From Dudresnaya verticillata (lineage: Eukaryota), in NCBI GenBank assembly GCA_977862235.1, contig OZ374557.1:558001-622000 (forward strand): a DNA stretch of 64,000 bases, given 5' to 3'. The notes below the pieces were generated by a model, which saw only the letters and a program-made list of their open reading frames with translations, did no database searches and was not told the origin of the DNA. The position numbers and the translations under genes are program-made. Positions 36,816 through 49,141 of this stretch are shown here, piece by piece. The stretch's first letter is position 1; every line of letters starts with the position of its first letter.

Positions 36816-36924
36816 TCATCCGTTACGGTTGGCTTGCCGTTGGCGCACCGTAGGCGCGCCACGGCTCACTTCACCACACGTGGGCGCTAGGTGTGCTGCG
36901 AAACGTCTATGACGGTAAACACTG

Positions 36925-37655
36925 TCCGGGCCGTTCGTAGCCCGTCCGGGAGCTCGCCTCTGGCGGATGAGTGCCGAGGGCGGTAGACGGGGGTAGAGCA
37001 TGGCAACACGCCAAGGGCGGACTGTAAACGCCTGAGGCGGTAGAAGTGGAAAAGATCAGCGTCGTACTAACGGAGAAAAGGGGAAAGAGGAAAACACGTC
37101 CATGACGGAGTCTGTGAGTGCGTGGTAGTCCGGCACGTAGCCCACGCAGATAGCGGCGATGTCCGCTTTTGAGCGCGGGTGGTGAAGCACCACCGAGCTT
37201 CTCGGAGGAGAAAGAAACGGGTATACACATCAAAGCCGGAAAATGACGCGGAAGCGCAATCTTCACAGCGCGTAGCCAACGTGGTTAGCGCCGGTGACGC
37301 TAACGAGCGAAGGGGCGAAGTGTAACGGCAGCCCGGCTTAGCGGGGATTTACTGAATCGTCTCTCGACGGGTTTCCTATGTAGTACTGCTGCTGCTAGAC
37401 CGACGGCGGTGGGGTCGCGGCGCGTGAAAACTCGGGACACGTTTCGTCCCAGTGTCGGTCTGAAAAGTGCCCTGGAATGCAGCCACGCGTTTGAAAGATT
37501 TGTCTATACCGCGACGCACGTTACGCGGATGCTTACATTTACACATGGGTACGTTTTCGGCTTATAGCAGCGTGTCACGTGATTGGGTCAGCTGCATGGT
37601 GACCCGATTGCGGCTCGGCTGGTTTCGAGTGTGCAACGTGTCCGCATATACCGCG
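36925..37655 (-). repeat. LTR fragment of the element D family, inverted relative to 29437-30039
   Basis: Reverse-complement similarity, e.g. GACGGGTTTCCTATGTAGTACTGCT and CCCTGGAATGCAGCC. Confidence 0.8.
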
Positions 37656-37851
37656 TGGGCCGTGTGTCACTAATAGGAAACCGGCTTTGCCGCAATCCAC
37701 GCCTAGGGCGACATTTCCCGGGAAGTGCGAGCGGGTTCGCGGCCGAATCCAGATTCTGAACGCCGAGGGCGCCAAAACACGGAGGGCGGTAGAGCTCCGT
37801 CCGTGACAGTATAACTGCGCCTGGGGCGGTATTGAAGTTAGCACAATACTG

Positions 37852-38004
37852 AGGTTTCACCGCCGTCAGATCCGCGACCGTCGACGGCGCGCGCGGCCGA
37901 TACCACCGCTCTACTGCCACAGCTACCTACATCCTGGTGATGGGTTCGAGTGCGACTGCAGACCGTCGAGATAGGCGTCAGTTCGACCTGACGCCTATGC
38001 CACA
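37852..38004 (+). repeat. U5-end fragment of an A-family LTR
   Basis: Similar to 48990-49141; ends GTTCGACCTGACGCCTATGCCACA. Confidence 0.8.
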
Positions 38005-38299
38005 CTGATCAACTGGGTATATGACGGGTTGACCCTTCGGTTATTCCAAACGGTTGAACCACTAGTGGGACACTTTCTAGAAGAGCATGGTCTAAGGACA
38101 CTCTCGGAGTTTTCCACCATGGCTACTGACAAGTTATTCCAGTCATTGAACACCCAGACGTGGTCCAGTGTTTGGGATTCTTACGAAAATTTTTCCCCCG
38201 TTGGTTGCTCAGCCTCTCGAGACCTATAGGAAAACAGCGGGCCCTTCAACTGGACCATAGCATATACCCACTGGGTAAACCAAGAGGGAAACAAGGAGG

Positions 38300-41200
38300 A
38301 GGATGTTGTCCCTCCTGCCATCGTTCTACCAACCGAAACTGGTGATAAGAATAAGAAACACGAAAGGGTGTTCGTCGGACTCTGAAGGTAGTAAGAGTAA
38401 CCGACATGGATCTGCGTCGAATAAATCTAAGAGGAAGAAGAAGAAGGACAAACAATATAAATACAAGAAGAAACATCACTTGTCTGAGTCTGACTACTTG
38501 TCAGTTTCCTCAGATGGTTCAAGTGGGGATGATTAATCCGATGATGACCGGCGTTGTTGGTGGTCGTCTAAAACAACGAGGGTCAGGAGGATCAAACCTC
38601 CCAATGGACTATTTACCATAATGTTTATCTTTCAAAGTTACCCATTGGAAAACCGCTCAAGGCTCTACTCATCGAGAATCTCTCGGAAGGGAAACACCTA
38701 CCACAAGTGGATGGCCATTCCAAATGCCACCCTCTCGTTTTTCGGGTGTAGATCCGATTAACATCCTGGGTTTCCTTGGAAGGTTCAAGGATACCTGCAA
38801 TCATAATAAAGTCCACGAAGGTGCGGCCGTTTGGTTACTACAGTACTTTATTTCAAGAACCGCAAGGGCGAACCTACAGGCGAGACTACAGACAAGAATC
38901 AGTATGGTCGTATACTCTGAAGATGAGGGGGATTTGCTAAGAAAGTACCCGAAGTGGTTAATTACCTTTTGGAAAACTATGCCACCGATGAGTTTATCGC
39001 GCCAGCATATGCTGATTTGATATCGTTACGACAAGCAGAAGGAAAAACGGAACGGGACTTCGCAGAGTTAGTGAGAGTCAGAGGTCGCCGATGCGGGTCG
39101 GTGTTTACAGAACACCGCCTGAGGTCTGATGGACTTCTCCGAAGTATCCGTGAATCGGTTCGTAACCGTTTGGTTACTTCCAAGAGTTTGGCTTAGACGC
39201 AGATCACACGATATGAGCAAGATTTCGGGAAGCTCACAGCAGTACACGTGGTACGACGAACCTAAAAGGTAAGAGGGGGTAATCCCCGTTGCAGCGGTCA
39301 GCTTCGACAAGCCACCGTCTGACTCCATGAGTACATCTAATGCTACCTCCGAGGAATTTCCTGGAAGGGAAGACATTCATGAAGAATAAATCTTGCAATT
39401 TGGAGAGGATCTGTCCAATCAGTCGATTGCACCCCCGTCTTCTATTACCACAGTTGGGTCTCGAGATGGTACAACGATACGGGCATGCTCTATTTGTGGT
39501 AGTCCAGAGCATATGACCCATGAGTACCCACTGGTAACCCCCGCGGTGCGTGCGGGTATCATTCCGTCCAGAAGGCAAAACCTCTATGGGTTAGCCTGCG
39601 CTCAAGCCTTGCAAAGATAACCGACAAGGTGACCCTGGGGTCTCCTTCTCAACAGATCACCCTGGACCTATCCAGGTTCGACACGCGGGATCACCCTCAG
39701 TGGAACCCTCAAAGGCTGCTCAAGAAGTGACCAGTGCGGAAAACGTGGAGGAGGAGGCTTAAAGAGGCATTCCCCCTGCCCAAATATATGTGCCTTCCAG
39801 AACCCGTGTTGCGACCCGACACTGTGGATAACCCGGAGGGTGATGATTATGATGAAGTATGTTTACTTAAGAAGCAAAAATACAAAGTGGATCTATCTTT
39901 CGTTAGGGTTTTGGTCATCACAGATGATATCTGCACGGGGCGTGATTGACTGTGTCGCCGGCCCCAATGTGGTTCATGTCAAAATGTTACGTAGTGGTTG
40001 GGAAAAACGAGTCAAACCTTATAAGAAAATCACGCGTAGTATCGTCTATGCTTCCAATAATCGAATATTACCTCTAGGAGTCATCCCCGTATATACTCGT
40101 GTTGGTAATCCCTACACGAAAACCCATTTTCTGGTGGATGCTAACATGCCTACCGAAGTTATACTCGGTACAGCCCTCACTGACCGACATGTCTCGGCTA
40201 CCATGTCTGGACCCCGAAGGTTACTCTTGAATGATGCTCCTGCAGTACCTATCCTAGGTGTTTCCATGGAAGGAAGTACTTTCACCAGAAGCAACCAACG
40301 GTTTCTACCAAAGTGAGATCGGCCAAAGACATACATCCAAGGTCACGTTCATTCGTACCCATGGGGACGAGGGCATCTGGAATGTTTCTTGTCCAGAACA
40401 CTTCACAGCCACCTTAAACGTCTTTAATCATTATATCCAATGGTATCAGGGATATTATCTCCATGGAGGTATTCCCTGTATTGATGACCAATTTTGGTGA
40501 CCGGCCTGCTCGGCTAAAAAGACTCAAGTAGTGGGATATATGTTGCCCAAAGCCCCTATTTGGTATCAACAGTGCGCCCGCCACGTTCCACAGAGCTTTC
40601 GATATCATCTTGTCGCGATGCATATGGAAATATGCCTCCGTCTCCCTCGATGACGTCATTGTGTACTCTAAGAGTGTGGCAGATCATTTTCACTATTTAG
40701 ATATAGTCCTGAGTCTACTCCGTTCTATTGGGTATATCTTAAGTTGCCTAAGTTTAAGTTCTTCGAGTCTTCAGTTGGTTACCTTGAGAATTTCACCGGC
40801 CCTGGGAAACTCAAAATAGACTCTAAGAATGTCACCGCACTATGCCAAGCGAAACATCCTACGCATCAAACCGAGTTGAGATCATTCCTTGGGGTCTATA
40901 ACGTCTATCGGCGTTTCGTTCCCACTTTTGCACGCATCGCGTCTCGTCTCTCAAGCCAACTTCGAAAGGATCAACCTGTCACTTTTGCGTCACTTGCAGA
41001 GGATGAATATGATGCCTTCGACGCCTCACAGTGATCTTCAGGCTGGCTGTTGCTTACCTCAAGAGAATGAACAAGGGGACAAGTTACCTATTTATTATTG
41101 GAGTCGGACACTCAACTCGGCGGAACGTAACTATTCTGCAACAGAACGGGAATATCTGGCAGCAATGTGGAGTCTTTTAACCGTAAGACCTTACCTCGAA

Positions 41201-44200
41201 GGTGACCACACCGCTTTACAGTGATAACCGACCACGACCCAATACAGTGGCTGTTAAACCTCTCGTATTTATCGGGTCTCCTTGCCAGTTGGCGATTGAG
41301 ACTCTACGAGTTCGGCTTTCTAGGCAACTACAACCCTGGAACGGAACACTATTTGGCAGACAGCATGTCGCGGCTTTCAACTACAGGGAGTGACCAAACG
41401 CCATTAGACGATTACATCCTTTGTTTTACCGTACCAGTTGAAAACAGCGCCCCACATGAACTCAGTTTCCCTACCGTTTGCGAACTGACAAGCCAAAACG
41501 GTTTACCAAAACAGATTAATGAACAAGAAAGCCTCGAATAACAATCACGGGACGAATATTGCCAACAGATTGCTAACTGAGTTGGTATCGCCGGATCACA
41601 GTTCCAGTGGGACCATAATGGTCTTTTGGTCCACCAAGCGACACTTGACGGAGCGCTTCAGATAGTGGTGCCACAGTCCCTGTGTCCACGCATACTATAT
41701 TCAGCCCGCTGTCCTCTCCTTTCTGGTCACCGCGGCGGTTCACGAATGTATTAACCCTCCGGAGACAGTATGTTTGGCCATATATGGCCAATGACACATA
41801 TGACGTCGTGGGTGACTGTACTAAGTGTGTCCAAACTATGGAAAAATCAAAACTGCAGTTAATTTCTTCCGGCCGCCGGCCCCCTGAAATTCCTTGCTAT
41901 GGATCTTGCGGGTCCTTTTCCCAAAGACTAAAAATGGTAACCTCTTCGTCTTGGTTACTACCGATCGGTTTTCAAAGCTCACGCGAGGCATACCTTCGCG
42001 GAATACCAATGCCCACACGGTTGCTCACGTTTTCTTTGACCACTGGGTCTACACATATGTTGCTTCTTTTATACGTTCTTTCCCGTAATGGTCCACAGTT
42101 CGTGCCGAATTTCTTCACAACGATCTACCAAACCCTGGGGCTACGTCAGATATTTATCACGGCTTATCACCATCAGACCAATGGTTAGGTCGAGCGTTTG
42201 ATAAGAACATTGTACAGCAGTTATTTCACTACGTAGCGGATCATCAACTCGACTAGGACAGTTACGTACATCCGCTCACATATTCGTATTACCTTCCGGT
42301 TCACCGCTATACTGCGGATACGCCCTTTGAACGCATCCTATCTCGGCCGCCTTCGGTTAGAGCTGTACAGGGTTCAATCACACCGCGTTTAAGCAACCAA
42401 TTGAATTCTCGACTCACCTCCGTGTCAAACGTTTAACCATTCGGAACCTTCAACAGGCCATTGCTACCGCTAAGGTTACCCTCACGGTTGCCCAAAAACG
42501 GTATACACCCGCCTTTGATAACTCCTCGGCCAGACCCTTTTCGGTTTCTATTAGTCCTTGAGTCTATCTCAATCGCCCTAAGTTCACCAAACTCCAAGCA
42601 GGTGAACGAAAAGCTCGCCTGATCGACCCAGCTGAGCAGAAAACCCTTTCAAAGAAACGTTTGCCCGAAGAGAAAGGCCCGTTTTTGGTTACAGCTGTTC
42701 ATGCCAACCACACGGTCATGATTAACCAGCACGGGATCCTCAATACCACCTCGCAAGGCCGCGTTTCGGTTGACTTTCATCGCGGTCCCCGCACCAACAG
42801 CTCCCTCACCGACCCCGGTGCAAACCCAATCCGGTTACTCTACAGCTGACCACTTGATTAAGCACCGTGGCGGTATCACTGAAGGTTCTCTGGCATGGTT
42901 ATGCACCCAAAGATGAAACCTGGGAACCGCCCGCTCACATAGCGCACAACGTTTTGTTACACTACTGTCGCTGGCCTAACCAAGCGACACTGCCCGGAGA
43001 TGGGGGCGTAGGTTTCGCGGACTTCGCGGACTTCAAAAAACGCACCTTGAAACGAAACTCACATATCTATGCGCATCAAATCATAAGACCACGCGAAGGC
43101 GTTACCTCACAGAGTCAAAAGAAGGAAGGATGGCTGTCCGTCTTTACTTTCCCTATTTATTATTACGCTACTACGCTATTTATGCACAATACTACCTTAA
43201 CTTGTGCAGAGACCAAGGCAAGGGAGAATCCCTCATGGAGATCATACGCGAGACAAAAGATGTTTCATGAGACACTCTTCAGATTCCCATGAGGTTCTTC
43301 TAGTGAGTGTACCTACTGGTAACGAGGACGCTTCTCCTCCGACCCTTTGACGTCGCCAGAGCGTGAAGACGCAAGGCGACGGGCTGACAGTGCCAAGCGC
43401 GACGAGCCGCCATTGGGATAGTGTCTCTAGGAGTCACAACATCGATAGTGGCACCGGTTACCATAGGCTGGGATACCTGGTAGGTAAATGGTCTAGCCCC
43501 AGTGGCCTGCTCACCCTCAACCACCGTGGTAACCACCTGTGCAGCAATCCGACGCGCTTGAACTTCTTGCTTTACACCCTCTAGGTCTAAAGCCAAGGGA
43601 TCAACCGGTTGGTAATTAGCTGCTTGAGATGGAGCAGCAAGGGAATCCTGAGCTGTAGTTATTGGCTTCAGGTTGCTCTTATGCCGAACCTCGCGAGTGA
43701 AATTGTTACAAGAAGTAACGAAACACATGATTTTTTGCGTCATAGCCGCCGCCTTCCCGCAAGAGAAGCTCTGCGGATCACCAATTCTGTTCCTACTCGA
43801 TCTGTCGCTGCCATGTGGTTGCTCAGCTGATTAACTTGAAAGTTCCCCATCCGGTCCACCTCACTCAGTAACCAATTGAGGAGTGCCTCTTTGGAAACGC
43901 ACTCACGGGCCGCATCAAGATCATCCTATATAGTCTCCGGAACCGGTACCTTCGCGGCACGGCAAGCCTCCTGAAGTCGCTCAACCCTAAGGTGAACCGA
44001 TTCAGGCAATGAAATCCTTGAAGGAGCCGTCACGATACCTGAGAGACCACCTGGTTGATCCAACGGGGTAGCTTGAGAAGTCATCACTGCTGGGGCCGCC
44101 CTTGCTGAGTTCGTCACAAGCTTCATCACCACTGATATCACCACAGGGGTTTCGCGAGCATGAGGCCCTGGTTGCTCACCACGCATGTGCGTTTTTGTCT

Positions 44201-46230
44201 CCGGTGGCACTTTCGGTGCATGAATACCTCGACACGCACCGATACCCGGCTGCGCGGCCCTCAAACGATTCACGTCACCACTGGCCTGACGGGCCCGATC
44301 GGGAAAACCTCCATAGGTTGCTGCCTCCAGTTTTTCCATCTGCTTCCTCGTAGTGCTTGGCGTGATTTCACTGCATCAATGGTGGGTACCATACAGGTGC
44401 TCAAAGGAGTACAGTGGGGGGAGGAGTACAGTGGGGGGCCAGGATGGTTATCCACAATGTGGCGCCTACCAAAACGGGCAACCGCTTCGGAAACCTCGCG
44501 GATATAGGCAATCCAGACCTCTCTTGCACCCTACGTGAAGGTCTTGGTGGCAGTCAACAGCCCTGCTAAGTCTTTACCAGCAAAGATACTGCCCTTAACA
44601 ATACGTGTCACCCCAAGGGTACGGATGGTCTCGGAGAGCGTTTTCGAGAGCCGAAAGAGGCGACCATCAGAGAGAACCTCTTGAGCACGTTTTAAAGTCT
44701 TCGATGTAGGACGTCGTCCCACGTTCCAAAGTAGGCGGCCTGCAAAAAGGCCAGTCCCACATGGAGGACCTGTTATATTTTCGCGATTGACCACACTAGA
44801 TAGTATCACTTCGAGGGTACGTTGTATACGCGCCGTAATATGCCAGAACGCCCGCAGCCAGAGACAAAAGCGAGCGCAGACCTTCAATGAAGTTCCAGCA
44901 ATTGTGTTTCTTGACATAGTGGTCACGGCGCCGACCCAGGGGCAAACTCCACATCTCCATGTTGTGAAACCCTGCGAGGAGACCATCCGTACGGCTGCGG
45001 ATTCCTGTCTCCGTCCAGATGTCAACCGCCCACCGCTCGGTCAACCACCACAGGTCGGGGAAGGGCTTGGCTTCCCCTAATAACTCTGGAAGTGATTTGA
45101 TCTCCTTTACCCGTTGGTTGTTCGCAACGTATTCAAAGATGCTGGGTACGTACTCTTCTTCGAACCCCACGCGAAACCATTTGAGGTCGCACCCAAAGTG
45201 GCGAGGCACAATGCTGCTGGGCGGGCAATGATGAAGCCGCGCAACCCACTGGATCTCTCGGTTATCTTCGAGAATGCAGCGGAGGCGAAGTGTATCCGTG
45301 TTGGTATCCAGACGGTAGACCTGCAGTGGAATATTCTCAAGTACCTCTTGGTTGGAGAATGCCGATAGGCCGCGGTAATTACCTGGCGGGGATGCTTCCG
45401 CCAGTGTGGCGTCGTAACCTCTGCGGTGAATGCAAGGCGTGACTGGGAAGACCACAGTTCGCTCAGAAAGACGCCGTCGGTGCGTTGGAGACCGGCTCGG
45501 ATTTGGTTGCGGTTGACGTGGGACTACGTCGCAAAAACCTCTGAAGTGATGATGCAGCTGAGCGGAACTACCGGTGCACTCGGGATCGATTACGTGCCGA
45601 TCATGGTCGTGGGCGTTGAGCCGTCTGAATACCGATGTGGTTATGATTTCTCGCGAGACACGTGCAGACTGACCTGGCGTCCCGAGGACGGGACGCAATC
45701 GCGGGGGAGCTCTGTAATACAGTGAAGGGCATACAGAAGTGGGGCCTCTGCCCACGTGTATGCACTTAAATAGCGTTACCTATGGGGGACCAGCAGGGAC
45801 AAGACTAATAGTCTATGATTGGTCCAAGTGTTGCCCTGTATGTCAGTAACTTCGTATCTGTCCATTTATTATAGAAATGTGAGCATAGGATAGCGGGCGT
45901 GTACATAGCCCAGTATGAGTGCTTCTACCTCACCCTCGGAGTACCATATAGGGGTATCTCCCGGAGCAGTCACTGTACAGTAAAGGTGAGCACCTTCCGG
46001 CCCCAACTATGTCTGCAATCCATCGGCACCGCCGCACACTCGGCACCCGCGTCCGTTTAACCGCCCGCCCAGTTAACCGCCTTCAGTACCGTCCTTTTAT
46101 TTAGGTTACGTGCCTTCGCCAATCCTCTGGGTTCCTTCCACTCTACCACCGCTACCAGGTACCCGCTCGTGGCTTTCTCATTGAGTGCACTCCTTGAGTA
46201 CACAAGAGACCTAAAAGGTACTTCCTTACA
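38300..46230 (+). mobile_element. Element F: old chromodomain Ty3/Gypsy element with an antisense extra ORF and an LTR-like end (~45900-46230)
   Basis: Decayed gag (FSGVDPINILGFLGRFKDTC; CSICGSPEH), PR (VIDCVAGPN), partial RT (SLDD), RH (ERNYSATERE), IN (TDRFSKL; YHHQTNG), chromodomain (KVLWHGYAPKDETWEP, ~42860-42990). Confidence 0.85.
43300..45755 (-). pseudogene. Antisense accessory ORF of element F, decayed, unknown function
   Basis: Protein-like ORFs 44796-45755 (319 aa), 44531-45025, 43926-44339 and 43300-43743 lie antisense and downstream of the chromodomain. On the minus strand, TATTTAA (45766-45772) and CCAAT (45818-45822) lie upstream. Confidence 0.65.
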
Positions 46231-46440
46231 CAAGGGTTGCTTGCACGTTTACCGTAGGAGCCGCCGCGGTGCCGCCCTGATATACACGTCAGGGTGGCCC
46301 GGGCATTCCGGACCGTGCGAGTCGGACCCTAGTGGTCTAGATCTGTGGCGGAATCGGCCCTGCTGGCCCCAATCTCCTACACGGACATGCACAGCAATGT
46401 CATTGGCTGGGACGCCATTTTTGGTATAAGGGCTCTGCGC
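46230..46440 (-). repeat. Fragment of the 36188/47399 LTR family
   Basis: AAGGGTTGCTTGC...GCGGTGCCGCC..GATATAC..GTCAGGGTGGC...CGGCCCTGCTGG...TCATTGGCTGG is shared with 36458-36640. Confidence 0.75.
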
Positions 46441-47398
46441 ATACTGACTCCACGATCGCCGTGAAAATTAATCGAGAAATACGCATCTCGGGTAACTTCG
46501 CTGTTACGCGCGCCACGATGATATTCGCTTTACAGTGCGTCAATGTATACGAAATCGCTGACACCTCCGAGTTTTCTCGTTTTGTTTCTTGCGCGAACGG
46601 CTCCATGCCCACGATGCGCGTGCGCCTCCGTATGCATTGCTGGCGCTGAGAAACCGACACCATACCTGAGGCTACCATTCGTAGGCTCCCAGGCAGCTAC
46701 ATATTAGTCGGATTCGAGGCGTTTCCCGATTTAATGCGTGTGCGTACCCGTGTAAATAGACAGTATTTAGACAGTCGTCTGGCGCGACATTGGAGGGTTC
46801 CCAGCAAGCGACCAGCGCCCGGACCCCGGAGTCTACGGTAAACGCCTTTTCTTCGTGTTCGGTGTCTTCGAGTTAGTGTTCGCGGATACGGTCGAGTCTC
46901 GCTTTCGATAGCCTCACGCACTCGGTTTTTCTCCGGTGCTCATTAGCTCGCAGTTATACCTTCCGCATACGTATTTGTTCACACCGTGGTCCTCGGCGTC
47001 GGTCGCCCTGCTCTACCACGCTACCACTCCTTTTCCTTCCTTCGTCTTCATTCCGCTACGAGGGCACCCCTATAGTGCGAGACTTCCCCACGTCTCCGGG
47101 ACTACTCATTATATACCACACTCGTCCCTGGACCTACAACATGATTCCAAACTTTCGCATATTCGTAATACGTAATCGTCATTATCCGATACACGATGCC
47201 TCACGCTCCGAGTCGTCCCGATTCTCCCGTTTTGAAACCCGATAACGTGCCGATTCCGGAGCTTCCGTCATTCCAATCGAGTGCGGATGATCGAGAACCG
47301 TTTTCTGGCGCTCGTGCTTCCAGTCCGGCACCAAATTTTCGGGCGGACGCGCGTTCGAAGGCTCACGGTAGGCCCTCCTATGCTTCGTATACGGGCCG

Positions 47399-48006
47399 TG
47401 TAGTGAAAACCCACGTACTTCCGTAACATAACTGGTCTTGCTTTCCTTCACGGGACGAGAACGAAAGTACCTCAGCGGGGTGGTGGAGCAGTTCGCACCG
47501 ACAGGGAGAACAGCGAGCGGCTAACAGTAAGGAAGATTGCGAAGCCAAAGACAAGAGGGTGGCAGAAGTATTGGGACGGACTCCGTAACGGTGGTGTTGG
47601 TATGTCGCAACGGGCTCGGCGCGGGGAGACCGTAAAGGGAAGAGCTGCAGAATGATTGAGGCTCAAGGGTTGCTTACCCGTTTACTTTAAGAGCCGCTTC
47701 GGTGCCGCGCTAATATACAATCCAGGGTGACACCGAACCGTCCGGTCCGTTTGGACCTGATCGTAGTGGCCTGGACCCATGGTGGAATCCGCCCTGTTGG
47801 TCCCAACCTCCGACACCGACATGTTCAGTATTCTCACTGGCTGGCATCCTGCACAACACACTGTACACAAACTCATAAAAATTAAAATAGAAATACTGCA
47901 AATACTCCTTTACACGGTTGGTGCACTCCACTGTAGTACAACAGTGCACACCGGCGCACAGCAATGCGCAAAACGCCGACACGGATACACGTGTACATAT
48001 CCCACA
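47399..48006 (-). repeat. Solo-type LTR (no clear TSD)
   Basis: TGTAGTG...TATCCCACA, homologous to 36188-36815. Flanks GGCCG and ACGAT do not match. Confidence 0.75.
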
Positions 48007-48201
48007 ACGATGCAGGCCACACTATATGCCTTCGCACTGTTTCAGATGCCGAATCTCGCATCATCATAATACGTACAATCCGTTGGGAATCGTTCCCTCG
48101 GATACCGTCGATAGACTCTTCTCGATGAGGAATATCTCGGGTTCCGAATTTCGTATACTCTACGAAGAGTTTCCCGACGCAGTGTCCACCGCTTATAGTA
48201 T

Positions 48202-49141
48202 TGTGGCATAGCTGTAAGACCAGATGTGCCACGCACGCACAGCTGTAAGACCAGCTGCGCCACGTGTGCACTGCTGTGCGCACGCTGTCAGCCGGTGACG
48301 CCGAAGCCCCGCTGAACTGTAAGGAAGTGCGCAGTGGCGCGCGCAGATTTAAGACCAGCTGTACCACGTGTGCACTGCTGTGCGCACGCTGTCAGCCGGT
48401 GGCGCCGAAGCTCCGCTGAACTGTAAGGAAATGCGCAGCGGCACCCGCGTGTGCACGCGTACGCGTGTGACACTGAAACTCCCATGTAATTTCTACGTTT
48501 ATTGTTTTATAGTGTACAGCACCGTCTAGTGTAAGCGGCGGTCGAACGCCCTGCTGTCCTGCGCGCTGCGCGCACGCACTCCGGCGCAGAGCCGTTGGGT
48601 GCGTGACACGCGCACGCGCACTCCGGCGTCGAGCCGTTGAGTACGTGTGGACCGTTTCGCCCACGCGCGCCCCCGGGTTACCGTTACCCGTACGCGTCGA
48701 CGCGTGTTGGGGCGCGCCGGCGCACCTCCCGGGTTGGTGCCGCCGCAGGCCCTGTAGTATATCTAGTAGTCGCCCCTCTGGGCTTCAGTAAACCAGGCAA
48801 GCCAGCCTACGCCAGGCTTGCCCTTTCTGCTTTGGGTTTCTTTCCCAGTCCTTCTCCCTACGGCTTCCCTCTTCCCCTAGCCGCCTAGGCTTTCCTTTTC
48901 CTTTCCCTACCGTCGGCTTCGTGCCGTCCCACGACGGCGATACAGGGATCAGGCCGCTGCCGCCTGCGTACGGTACGCCCTGTGCGCGCTCAGGCTTCGA
49001 CGCCGTTGATCCGCGACCGTCGACGGCGCGCGCGGCCGACACCACCGATCTACCACCACAGCTACCACCCTTCGACGGGTCTGGGTGCGACTGATCGACC
49101 AGCACAGCTAGACGTCAGTTCGACCTGACGTCTATGCCACA
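48202..49141 (+). repeat. Solo LTR (A-related family) with TSD AGTAT
   Basis: Perfect TGTGGCATAG...CTATGCCACA termini; AGTAT at 48197-48201 and 49142-49146; internal ~104-bp tandem duplication at 48246-48445. Confidence 0.93.

Noticed and set aside
36188..48006. One full element bounded by LTRs 36188-36815 and 47399-48006
   Set aside because: The PBS is outside the pair, the interior is opposite-strand material from other families, there is no TSD, and the LTRs are strongly diverged.
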